64,000 bases of DNA from Bacillota bacterium (GTDB lineage Bacteria > Bacillota > Dehalobacteriia > UBA4068), in the NCBI GenBank assembly GCA_024679955.1, contig JAILCQ010000009.1, positions 3,467 through 67,466 of the forward strand. The letters run 5' to 3'. A program made the position numbers and the translations under genes. Positions 35,904 through 43,945 of the stretch are shown piece by piece (the stretch's first letter is position 1; each line of letters opens with the position of its first letter). The notes beneath the pieces were generated by a model that made no database searches, was not told the DNA's origin, and saw only the letters and a program-made list of their open reading frames with translations.

Positions 35904-35918
35904 GCAACCTTATATAGT
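35891..35918 (+). promoter_or_regulatory. Putative plus-strand promoter (TTGCAA-16-TATAGT) overlapping the last repeat unit
   Basis: TTGCAA at 35891-35896 and TATAGT at 35913-35918. A second candidate -10 (TATAAT, about 36066) lies closer to the 36137 gene. Confidence 0.35.
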
Positions 35919-36136
35919 ATACGCTTCCTTTTTCTTTATGGCAATCCTTTTTGCAGCCTTTTTACCAGTTCAAGGCCGGTTTTTGCCGCCGGCGATCTGC
36001 CGGGACAGGGCACAGCCGGTAAGGGGAGAGCGCCGGAAAAAAGACAAGGAAAAGGCAAGCCGCGGGTATAATCCCGGGGTATTCGCTTCATACTACCTGC
36101 GTATTTTATCATTACATTCCGGCAAAGGGGTACGGT

Positions 36137-36571
36137 ATGCGCAAATTCTTCTGTCATTTTATCATCGGGGCGATTGCTTATCCTCTGATGGAAATCGCTT
36201 TTCGCGGTTATAGCCATTGGACCATGAGCATCACTGGCGGCTTGGCTTTCAATCTGTTGCTGGGGGTGGGAAAGCGCTTCCGCTATAAGCCGTTGGCGCT
36301 GCAAAGCCTGTTGGGGGCGGAAGCCATCACCGCTTTGGAGTTCGCCATGGGCTGCATCGTCAACAAGTGGTTGAAAATGGCGGTGTGGGATTACAGTCAC
36401 CTGCCGGGGCATATTATGGGGCAGATTTGCCTGCCTTTTTTCGCCTTGTGGTATGCTCTTTGCCTGCCGGTGCTGTGGGCTGCTTCCCGCTTTCGCCGCC
36501 ATCCCCATCCTTGGCTGAAAGCGTTTGCTATTGCCGGAAAAGCGCCGGAACAGGCGGGCTCCGGCCGGTAA
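36137..36571 (+). CDS. Small polytopic membrane protein (putative ABC-transporter type IV / DUF1113-like)
   Basis: 144 aa. YPLMEIAFRG..., WDYSHLPGHIMGQICLPFFALW resembles that family as I remember it. AAAGGGG RBS. Confidence 0.6.
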   Translation: MRKFFCHFIIGAIAYPLMEIAFRGYSHWTMSITGGLAFNLLLGVGKRFRYKPLALQSLLGAEAITALEFAMGCIVNKWLKMAVWDYSHLPGHIMGQICLPFFALWYALCLPVLWAASRFRRHPHPWLKAFAIAGKAPEQAGSGR

Positions 36572-36679
36572 AGCCGGGGAAGCCTTGCCGGCAAAAATAA
36601 AATGCCGTATAATGAGGATATACAGCGGCAAACCCAGGGTTTGCGCCATTTTTGCAAAGGAAATAGAAAACGGCGATAT

Positions 36680-38095
36680 ATGATAGTCCATGCTAAGGCC
36701 GGTTGGCGGCGGTTTGCCGCCATATGCCGGCAAATGCCTCCTCCCTGGCGGGAAGGGGCGCTGGCCCAATGGGGGGAGGCTTTGACCGCCCTCTACATAC
36801 TGTTTACGCTGCTGCCCTTTCTTTTGATTTGCCTGCCCCACGGCTATCTGTCGGTCACGGCCTGCAAATACCATATGTTTACTGCGGCGGTTTTGCTTTA
36901 TGCCGGGCTCAGCCTGGTTCTGGTCACATTGGCGGTGTGCAAGGGCTATCCCTGGCGCAGATGGCTGGCCTCCGGCGGCCTGGGGCGGCTCCACGGCAGT
37001 ATCCCCTGGATCGCCGCCTTTTTGGCGGCGGCTTTTCTTTCCGCTTTGTGCAGCGACTGTCCGCAAACCGTCTGGTGGGGCGGCGGCCGCTACGAAGGCT
37101 TTTTCACCTTGCTTTCCTATGGCATAAGCTTTTTCTTGATCGCTTTATGGGCCAGGCCCCGGCGCATTTATGTGTACGCCCTGGCTTTCTCCACAGCGGT
37201 CAATTCCGGGCTGGCCTGGGCCCAATTTGCCGGCTATAACCCTTTGGGCCTATACCCGGCCGGATACAGCTATATGGACGCTCATATTCGCTACAGCGGC
37301 GAGTTCTTAGGCACGATTGGCAATGCGGATCTGTTCTCCGCCTTTTTGGTCCTGGCCATCCCCGTTTTGGCGGTGTATGGCCTTCGCTTCCGGGGGGACA
37401 AGCTGCGCTGGCCGGTGCTGGCCACGGCGGCGGCGGCGACGGCGGTTTTGCTGCGGGCCCGGGTGGCGGCGGGTGCGCTGGCCTTGGCCCTGTGCTTTGT
37501 GGTTGCCGTGCCGCTGCTGTACGGCAACAGCGCCAGATGGCGCAGGCGGTGGTTTGCATTGGCGGCTTTGGCCGCCCTCTGTCTGGCGGCGGCTGTGTTT
37601 TGCTTAGGCGAAAGCTGGGGCGGCTTTTGGGGCGAGCTGGCCCAGGTTTTGCATGGCCATATAGAAGACGGCTTTGGCTCCAGCCGCATCCTGATTTGGC
37701 GGAAGACCTTGGCTCTGGTACCGGAGCATTGGCTGCTGGGCGGCGGGCCGGATACTTTGGCCGCCCGTTTGCAGCTTTATTTTAGCCGCTATGTGCCGGA
37801 AAGCGGCGTCACCCTGCGCACCGTGGTGGATTGCGCCCATAACGAGTATTTGAACGACTTGGTCAATCTGGGCCTGCCGGCCCTGTTGTTCTATCTTACC
37901 GCTTTGGCTGTCACCGCCAGGGATTGCCTGAAGCATTACCGGCAGCCGGCGGTGGCTGCTTTGGCTTTGGCAGTTTTTGCCTATTCGGCGCAGGCCTTCT
38001 TTTGTTTTCGTTTATGTGTGACGGCCCCGTTGTTCTGGTTGGCCTGGGGCTTATTGGCGGCATGTTTGCGGCGGCAGGAAAGGCGGGAGGTATGA
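36680..38095 (+). CDS. O-antigen ligase/polymerase-like (Wzy_C) polytopic membrane protein
   Basis: About 10-12 TM segments, then GGGPDTLAARL...CAHNEYLNDLVNLGLPALLFYL, typical of the O-antigen ligase family. The start is uncertain: the ORF-track ATG at 36602 sits upstream of the -10 of a TTGCCG-17-TATAAT promoter (36585-36613), so I chose the next ATG at 36680. 36734 is also possible. Confidence 0.7.
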   Translation: MIVHAKAGWRRFAAICRQMPPPWREGALAQWGEALTALYILFTLLPFLLICLPHGYLSVTACKYHMFTAAVLLYAGLSLVLVTLAVCKGYPWRRWLASGGLGRLHGSIPWIAAFLAAAFLSALCSDCPQTVWWGGGRYEGFFTLLSYGISFFLIALWARPRRIYVYALAFSTAVNSGLAWAQFAGYNPLGLYPAGYSYMDAHIRYSGEFLGTIGNADLFSAFLVLAIPVLAVYGLRFRGDKLRWPVLATAAAATAVLLRARVAAGALALALCFVVAVPLLYGNSARWRRRWFALAALAALCLAAAVFCLGESWGGFWGELAQVLHGHIEDGFGSSRILIWRKTLALVPEHWLLGGGPDTLAARLQLYFSRYVPESGVTLRTVVDCAHNEYLNDLVNLGLPALLFYLTALAVTARDCLKHYRQPAVAALALAVFAYSAQAFFCFRLCVTAPLFWLAWGLLAACLRRQERREV

Positions 38096-38622
38096 GCGGA
38101 GAAAAACAGCCCTATTCCTATGAGATCATTCGCAGCGGGCGGCGCAGCCTGTGTCTGGAGATCAGCGACGACATGCGCATTTTGGTTCGCGCGCCCCGGC
38201 AAATCAGCCCGGAAGCGGTGGAGCAGTTTGTCTGCAAGCACCGCAAGTGGCTGGATAAGCATTTGCCTTTGCAGCAGCAACGTCAGGCTTTTCAGGCTGC
38301 CATCGATAGTCAGGAGCAAACCCTGCGGCAACGGGCGCAGGAGGAGATCCCGCCTTTGGTCCGGCGCTATCAGGCGCAAATGGGGGTGGAGGCGGCCGGC
38401 ATACGCATCACCGGGGCGGCCAAGCGTTTTGGCAGCTGCAGCGCCGTCAACCGTTTGTGCTTTTCCTGGCGGCTGATGGCCTATCCCCAGGCCGCTATAG
38501 AATATGTGGTGGTACATGAATTGTGCCATATCGTGCACAAGAACCACGGCCCGGCCTTTTACGCCCTGCTGGCCTCGGTGTTGCCGGATCATCGCAGCCG
38601 GGAGCGATTGCTCCGTTTTTAG
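38092..38622 (+). CDS. YgjP-like (DUF45, M48/WLM-type) HExxH metallopeptidase
   Basis: Start at the ATG at 38092 after GGCGGGAGG, in an ATGA overlap with the upstream stop. It contains YVVVHELCHIVHKNHGPAFYALL. Confidence 0.8.
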   Translation: MSGEKQPYSYEIIRSGRRSLCLEISDDMRILVRAPRQISPEAVEQFVCKHRKWLDKHLPLQQQRQAFQAAIDSQEQTLRQRAQEEIPPLVRRYQAQMGVEAAGIRITGAAKRFGSCSAVNRLCFSWRLMAYPQAAIEYVVVHELCHIVHKNHGPAFYALLASVLPDHRSRERLLRF

Positions 38623-38645
38623 CGCCTTCTTCCCGGCAGGGGCTA

Positions 38646-38928
38646 TTGACAAGGCATAGAGCGGATGGTAAAATCGAAATATTGGAAGAATTGCATAGAC
38701 AAAACGATGATCCGGACATGATGGCAAGAATACCGCTTTCCAGAGAGTGCGCCGTTTGCTGCAAGGGGCATAAGCCGGTTTTTGCCGTTACCGCCGGGGA
38801 GTGCGGGGGCGAACCCCTGCCGTGGGCCGCGTCAAGGCCGTCGAGAGGCCGCCGGGGCATAAGCCGCAGCGGCAATTCGGGTGGAACCGTGGAGCATAGC
38901 TTCACCCCGAGGGGGTGGAGCTTTTTTT
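38646..38928 (+). promoter_or_regulatory. T-box leader (tRNA-Thr-responsive transcription attenuator) with its promoter, upstream of thrS
   Basis: Promoter TTGACA (38646-51)-17-TGgTAAAAT (38669-74). AGAGAG bulge at 38742-47. Candidate ACC (Thr) specifier at 38790-92. T-box sequence AATTCGGGTGGAACCGTGG at 38874-92. Terminator GCTTCACCCC-GAG-GGGGTGGAGC plus T7 at 38899-38928. Confidence 0.85.
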
Positions 38929-38946
38929 ATGGATAAGGAGGTTTTT

Positions 38947-40854
38947 ATGCGTATTGAAATCAAAGGCTACGGCCAGGTGGAGGCTGGAGAAGGCCTGCCG
39001 GCCATCGCTATATTGAAAGAAACCGATAAGGATTTTGCCAAAAAAGCCTGCGTGGTTTTGGTCAACGGCCAGGCCAAGGATGTAAGCGTCTTGCCCCAGG
39101 AAGGGGACACTTTGGAATTTTTGACCTTTGACGACGAGGCGGGGGCCCATACCTTCCATCACAGCACCGCCCATATCATGGCCCAGGCCATACAGCATCT
39201 GTTCCCGGAAACCAAATTCGGCATCGGCCCGGCGATCAAAGACGGTTTTTACTATGACGTGGACAGCCCCCATGTGTTTACCGAGGCGGATCTGGCGGCG
39301 ATAGAAAAAGAAATGACCCGTATTGTCAAGCAGAACCTGCCTTTCCGCCGGGAAGAATTGCCCCGGCAGGAAGCCTTGGCCCTGTTTGGCGAAAAAGAAG
39401 AGATCTATAAAGTGGAATTGATCAACGATTTGCCGGAGGACGCGGTGATCAGCGTCTACCGGCAAGGGGATTATCTGGATTTATGCGCCGGCCCCCATTT
39501 GCCTTCCACCGCCCAGGTCAAAGCCTTTAAACTGATGAGCCTGGCCGGCGCCTATTGGCGGGGCAGCGAAAAGAATAAAATGCTGCAGCGCATTTATGGC
39601 GTATCTTTCCCCAGCAAAGAGCAGTTGGCGGATCATTTGTATAAATTGGAGGAGGCCAAAAAGCGGGATCACCGCAAGCTAGGCAAGGAGCTGGGCCTCT
39701 TTGCCTTCCGGGATGAAGCCCCCGGCTTCCCCTTCTATCTGAACAACGGCATGACCCTACGAAATACGCTTATCGAATACTGGCGCCAGGTGCACAAAAA
39801 GTGGGATTACCTGGAGATCATGACGCCGCAGATCATGCGCAGGACCCTGTGGGAAACCAGCGGTCACTGGGAGCATTACAAGGACAATATGTATACGACC
39901 CTGATCGACGGCGAGGATTTTGCCATCAAGCCCATGAATTGCCCCGGCAGTATCCTGGTCTACGATCTGGAGCCGCATTCTTACCGGGAACTGCCTTTGC
40001 GCTATTCCGAGCTGGGCACCGTTCACCGTCATGAACTCTCCGGCGCGCTCCACGGCATGTTCCGCGTCCGCTGCTTTACCCAGGATGACGCGCATATCCT
40101 GCTGGCCAAGGAACAGATCAAGGATGAGGTGATGCGCATCACGCAGCTCTTTGACGAAGTATACTCCCTCTTCGGCCTGTCCTATACGATCGTACTCAGC
40201 ACCATGCCGGAGGATCATATCGGTACGGAAGCGGACTGGGAGGTAGCGACCAACGCCCTGGCGGACGCCATCGCCAGCCTGGGCAAGCAATATACCATCA
40301 ATCCCGGCGACGGCGCCTTCTACGGGCCGAAGCTGGATTTCCACATTGAGGATAGCTTGGGCCGGACCTGGCAGTGCGGCACCATCCAGTTGGATTATCA
40401 GCTGCCGGGCCGCTTCAACCTGGACTTCATCAACAGCAAGGGCGAGAAAGAATGTCCTGTGATGATCCATCGGGTTGTGTTCGGCTCCATCGAGCGGTTC
40501 ATCGGCGTTATCACCGAGCATTTCGCCGGCGCTTTCCCGCTGTGGCTGGCCCCGGTGCAGGTGAAGATCACCACCATTACCGACCGGCAAAACGAATACG
40601 CCCATCAGGTGGCGAAAAAGCTGGAAGAAGCCGGCATCCGGGTGGAAGTGGATGACAGAAATGAAAAAATCGGCTATAAACTGCGGGCCGCCCAGGCGGA
40701 AAAGGTTCCCTATATGCTGGTATTGGGCGACAAAGAGCAGGAAGCGCAGGGCGCGGCCCTGCGCAAACGGCGCGAGGGCGATTTGGGATTTATGACCTTG
40801 GACGATATCATCCGCCGCCTGCAGGAAGAAATCGCTTCCAAATGCAACGATTAG
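38947..40854 (+). CDS. thrS: Threonine--tRNA ligase
   Basis: Start at the ATG at 38947 after AAGGAGG. TGS domain, editing-domain HSTAHIMAQA, and class II motifs (FRDEAPGFPF, HRHELSGALHGMFRVRCFTQDDAH, GAFYGPKLDF). Confidence 0.97.
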   Translation: MRIEIKGYGQVEAGEGLPAIAILKETDKDFAKKACVVLVNGQAKDVSVLPQEGDTLEFLTFDDEAGAHTFHHSTAHIMAQAIQHLFPETKFGIGPAIKDGFYYDVDSPHVFTEADLAAIEKEMTRIVKQNLPFRREELPRQEALALFGEKEEIYKVELINDLPEDAVISVYRQGDYLDLCAGPHLPSTAQVKAFKLMSLAGAYWRGSEKNKMLQRIYGVSFPSKEQLADHLYKLEEAKKRDHRKLGKELGLFAFRDEAPGFPFYLNNGMTLRNTLIEYWRQVHKKWDYLEIMTPQIMRRTLWETSGHWEHYKDNMYTTLIDGEDFAIKPMNCPGSILVYDLEPHSYRELPLRYSELGTVHRHELSGALHGMFRVRCFTQDDAHILLAKEQIKDEVMRITQLFDEVYSLFGLSYTIVLSTMPEDHIGTEADWEVATNALADAIASLGKQYTINPGDGAFYGPKLDFHIEDSLGRTWQCGTIQLDYQLPGRFNLDFINSKGEKECPVMIHRVVFGSIERFIGVITEHFAGAFPLWLAPVQVKITTITDRQNEYAHQVAKKLEEAGIRVEVDDRNEKIGYKLRAAQAEKVPYMLVLGDKEQEAQGAALRKRREGDLGFMTLDDIIRRLQEEIASKCND

Positions 40855-40942
40855 CATGCGATGATCCGTATGCATCCATCAGCGGCAAAACGGCCGGTCG
40901 GGATACAGGCCCGGCTGCGGCGGTTGCCGCGGCTGCCCCGAT

Positions 40943-40986
40943 AAAAACAGGCTTCGTTTGCAAGGCAAACGAAGCCTGTTTTTTCT
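40943..40986. terminator. Bidirectional terminator between thrS and rnc
   Basis: AAAAACAGGCTTCGTTTGC-AAGG-CAAACGAAGCCTGTTTTTT, a perfect hairpin flanked by A and T tracts. Confidence 0.85.
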
Positions 40987-41009
40987 TTGGATGGAAGATA
41001 GTGCAGGGA

Positions 41010-41786
41010 TCAATCTTCCATAGGGGAATGTTCTTTTACTGCCGGCAGCCACTGTTCTTTATCGGCCAGGGCGGCCTGCGCTGCGGCTTGTTCGCTTTCT
41101 TTTTTGCTGCTGCCGGTGCCGCTGGCCAGCAAAAGCTTGCCCCAATAGGCGCCGCTTTTGAAGGTGGGGGCATGATCCGGGCCCCGGCTGTCCAATAATT
41201 TATAGGTTACCCCTTTGGTACTGTACTTTTGCACCGTTTCCTGCAGCAGGCTTTTTTTATCCTCGTAGTCTTCGGCGGAAAGCCGGTCCATTCTCTCTTT
41301 GAACTGGGCGTATAAAAACTGCCGCGCCTGCTCCAGGCCGCCGGCTTCAAACAATGCGCCCACCACGGCCTCAAAGGCGTCCGCCAAGACCGAAGGACGG
41401 CGGCGGTCGCCGCTTAGCTCCGAGCCTTTGCCCAGGAGCAGGGCCTCATCCAGACCCAGCTTTTTGGCCTGGGCGGCCAGAGACGATTCGCAGACGATGA
41501 TGGCCCGCATTTTGCTTAATTCGCCCTCTCGAGCATTGGGGTAGGCAAGATACAGGTATTCGCCGATCAGCAGATCCAAAACCGCATCGCCCAGGTATTC
41601 CAGCCGCTGATTGTCTTCTGGGCGGCGTCCGCCCCTTTTTTTCCCCTCGAAAAAAGCGGGATGGGTAAGGGCTTGCCGCAGCAAATCCAGCCGTTGCCGG
41701 GGAAAAGACAGCGTGCCGGCCAAATCCGATATTTTCTGCATATGCGCGGCAGATTTATCCGCCGTCGATGAAAAATGCCGGTTCAT
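41010..41786 (-). CDS. rnc: Ribonuclease III
   Basis: RLEYLGDAVLDLLIGEYLY signature and a dsRBD at the C-terminus. The start could instead be the internal Met (MQKISD, 41741). Confidence 0.93.
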   Translation of the reverse strand: MNRHFSSTADKSAAHMQKISDLAGTLSFPRQRLDLLRQALTHPAFFEGKKRGGRRPEDNQRLEYLGDAVLDLLIGEYLYLAYPNAREGELSKMRAIIVCESSLAAQAKKLGLDEALLLGKGSELSGDRRRPSVLADAFEAVVGALFEAGGLEQARQFLYAQFKERMDRLSAEDYEDKKSLLQETVQKYSTKGVTYKLLDSRGPDHAPTFKSGAYWGKLLLASGTGSSKKESEQAAAQAALADKEQWLPAVKEHSPMED

Positions 41787-41790
41787 AGCT

Positions 41791-42027
41791 TTATTCTCTG
41801 ATTCTTTCTGTAATGATTTCCGCCATTTGGCGCAAGCTTTTGATTTGGCGCAATTTTATATCCGCCAAAGGAATGTCGAATTCTTCTTCCAGGGCCACGG
41901 CCAATTCCATCCATTCCAGGGAATCCATGGCCAATCCGTCGAAAGCAAAATCGCCGGTCAGGTCTTCTTCCCGGAGAGAGAACTGTTCCGCCAGGATTTG
42001 TTTCAGCCGCGCTTCTGTTTTCCTCAC
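41791..42027 (-). CDS. acpP: Acyl carrier protein
   Basis: 78 aa with the LAMDSLEWMELAVALEEEF phosphopantetheine-attachment DSL motif. Confidence 0.9.
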   Translation of the reverse strand: MRKTEARLKQILAEQFSLREEDLTGDFAFDGLAMDSLEWMELAVALEEEFDIPLADIKLRQIKSLRQMAEIITERIRE

Positions 42028-42992
42028 AGTATGGCCTCGGCGATTTTATCGGTCAAACGGTGTTGATAACAGTTTCTGGCCTGTTGGAAAGAGGCGGCGA
42101 TGGCCTCCGCCCCGGAGGAACCGTGGCAGACGATGCTCAAGCCCTTGACGCCCAACAGCGGCGCGCCGCCGTAGGCCTGATAATCCAGGGCTTTTTTCAT
42201 TTCGCGGAGGGCCGGTTTGATCAACAGCGCGCCCATCTTGCGGCTGAAACCGGCGGTCAGTTCTTTTTTGAGTATGGTGGTCAAAAGATGAAAGGCGCTT
42301 TCCATGCTTTTGATGGCGATATTGCCGGAAAAGCCGTCCGTCACCATTACGTCGTAGCCGCCGTTCAGCAGATCCCGTCCTTCCCGGTTGCCGATAAAAT
42401 TCAGATCAGATCGGTTGAGCAAAGCATAGGCTTCCTGGGTCAAAGTATTGCCCTTATGTTCTTCCGTGCCATTGGAGAGCAAGCCTACCCGGGGCTGCTC
42501 CGCCACGCCGATGGCTTGAGCGTATACAGCGCCCATTTGCGCAAACTGCAAAAGCATCGGTGGCTCCACATCGGCGTTGACGCCGATATCGAGAAAGATC
42601 TTTTGCCCTTCCAGACTGGGCAGGGTGATGGCGATGGCCGGGCGCAGCAAATGGTCGATCTTGCCCAGAAGAATCACCGCCACCGCCATTTGGGCGGCGG
42701 TGGAACCGGCGGAGATCACCGCGTCGGCTTCGCCGTCTTTTACCATTTTGGTGGCGATCCAGATGGAACTGTCCCGCTTTTTCAGCAGGTTCTGCACGTT
42801 TTCATCCATGGCCATCACCTGGCTGGACGTCCGCCAGGATACATTGGCCGGCAGGGGTTGGGCTGGGCGGGCTTCTTCGCCGCCTACCAGAATAAACTGA
42901 TCCCCGGCGGCATGTTCAGCCGCCTGCAGCGTGCCTTGAATCAAGGCGTCGGGTGCTTTGTCTCCGCCCATGGCGTCGATCGCAAAACGCAT
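42024..42992 (-). CDS. plsX: Phosphate acyltransferase PlsX
   Basis: MRFAIDAMGGDKAP... Start at the ATG at 42992, 5 nt after GGAGG; the ORF-track TTG at 43004 lies inside the RBS. Confidence 0.95.
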   Translation of the reverse strand: MRFAIDAMGGDKAPDALIQGTLQAAEHAAGDQFILVGGEEARPAQPLPANVSWRTSSQVMAMDENVQNLLKKRDSSIWIATKMVKDGEADAVISAGSTAAQMAVAVILLGKIDHLLRPAIAITLPSLEGQKIFLDIGVNADVEPPMLLQFAQMGAVYAQAIGVAEQPRVGLLSNGTEEHKGNTLTQEAYALLNRSDLNFIGNREGRDLLNGGYDVMVTDGFSGNIAIKSMESAFHLLTTILKKELTAGFSRKMGALLIKPALREMKKALDYQAYGGAPLLGVKGLSIVCHGSSGAEAIAASFQQARNCYQHRLTDKIAEAIL

Positions 42993-43049
42993 ACAAACCT
43001 CCAAGCATTGTTCAGTGGCGAGAAACGGTTCGTTATTATTACCGCTACT

Positions 43050-43079
43050 ATTATATCAAGGGGGCGGGCAAATTATCAA
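43050..43079 (-). promoter_or_regulatory. Putative promoter of plsX-acpP-rnc (TTGATA-18-TGaTATAAT on the minus strand)
   Basis: Plus-strand TATCAA at 43074-79 and ATTATA at 43050-55 (with TCA at 43056-58) read TTGATA ... TGATATAAT on the minus strand. Confidence 0.5.
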
Positions 43080-43098
43080 TACAATTTGCGGCAAACGC

Positions 43099-43130
43099 AT
43101 AAAAAGAGACCGCCCCATGGGGCGGCCTCC
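43099..43130 (-). terminator. Terminator after rpmF
   Basis: The minus strand reads GGAGGCCGCCCCATGGGGCGGTCTCTTTTTAT. Confidence 0.7.
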
Positions 43131-43159
43131 TGACATTGCGGAAGCAAAGCGGCATTGGC

Positions 43160-43351
43160 TTAGGCCTTGGCCGCCTTTTTCTCCGGGGCCGTACGGCCGT
43201 TATAAGAACCGCATTCCGGGCAAGCGTGATGCGGTTGACGCAAAGCGTGGCATTGCGGACATTCGGACAGAGCCGGTCCTTCCAGCGTATAGCGCATGGC
43301 CCGGTTCATCCGCCGGTTGGCTTTGGAGGTTTTCCCTTTGGGTACGCCCAT
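43160..43351 (-). CDS. rpmF: 50S ribosomal protein L32
   Basis: 63 aa. MGVPKGKTSKANRRMNRA and a CPQC...CPEC zinc ribbon. Confidence 0.93.
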   Translation of the reverse strand: MGVPKGKTSKANRRMNRAMRYTLEGPALSECPQCHALRQPHHACPECGSYNGRTAPEKKAAKA

Positions 43352-43354
43352 TTG

Positions 43355-43897
43355 TTACACTCCTTTCTTACTCTCTACAAAATCCTTCAGTTTTTGCCAG
43401 CGGGGGTCGATTTGTTCCCCCTTGCAGGCGCAACTGCCGTTGTTTAGATCCTGGCCGCATACCGGACATAATCCGCGGCAATCCGGACGGCATAACGGCT
43501 GCATGGGCAAAGACAAATAAATTTCCGTCAAGATCTCCTGCGTGATATCGATGTCATTGCCGCTGAAATGGATGGTTTCTTCTTCTTCCGAGTCGTCGCT
43601 ATCCTCCGGGGCAGGCTTTGCCTGCTGGGCGATATAAGTCCGGTGCAGATCGCCTGCGGCCGGCAGGAAAAACGCCTGCGCGCAGCGGCTGCAGGTCAGA
43701 ACCAGCTTTCCTTGATAAGCGCCGTCGATTTTATACATGCCGTTGCCGCAGTTTTCTACCTGTCCGCGGAAAGTCAAATCCTCCGCGAACCGCAAATCGT
43801 CGTAGCCATAGCGGCTGCATTCCGGCATACAGCGCAAATCCATATCCAGATGCGCCCCGGGAATATTTCTCAGTTTGCTGATGTTAATCTGAATCAT
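43355..43897 (-). CDS. YceD/DUF177 family protein (23S rRNA accumulation / L32-associated)
   Basis: Start trimmed to MIQINISKL (CAT at 43895-97). C-terminal CRPDCRGLCPVCGQDLNNGSCAC. It holds the conserved position upstream of rpmF. Confidence 0.85.
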   Translation of the reverse strand: MIQINISKLRNIPGAHLDMDLRCMPECSRYGYDDLRFAEDLTFRGQVENCGNGMYKIDGAYQGKLVLTCSRCAQAFFLPAAGDLHRTYIAQQAKPAPEDSDDSEEEETIHFSGNDIDITQEILTEIYLSLPMQPLCRPDCRGLCPVCGQDLNNGSCACKGEQIDPRWQKLKDFVESKKGV

Positions 43898-43945
43898 AAT
43901 CGCATACCATACTATTATACCGGCTTGCAAACGCTCTGTCAATTA

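Noticed and set aside
35836-36213. 125-aa and 73-aa plus-strand ORFs running through the 14-nt repeat array and into the DUF1113-like gene.
   Set aside because: They start inside the tandem repeats and overlap the start of the next gene. They have no RBS, and the Arg/Lys-rich sequence looks non-protein-like.
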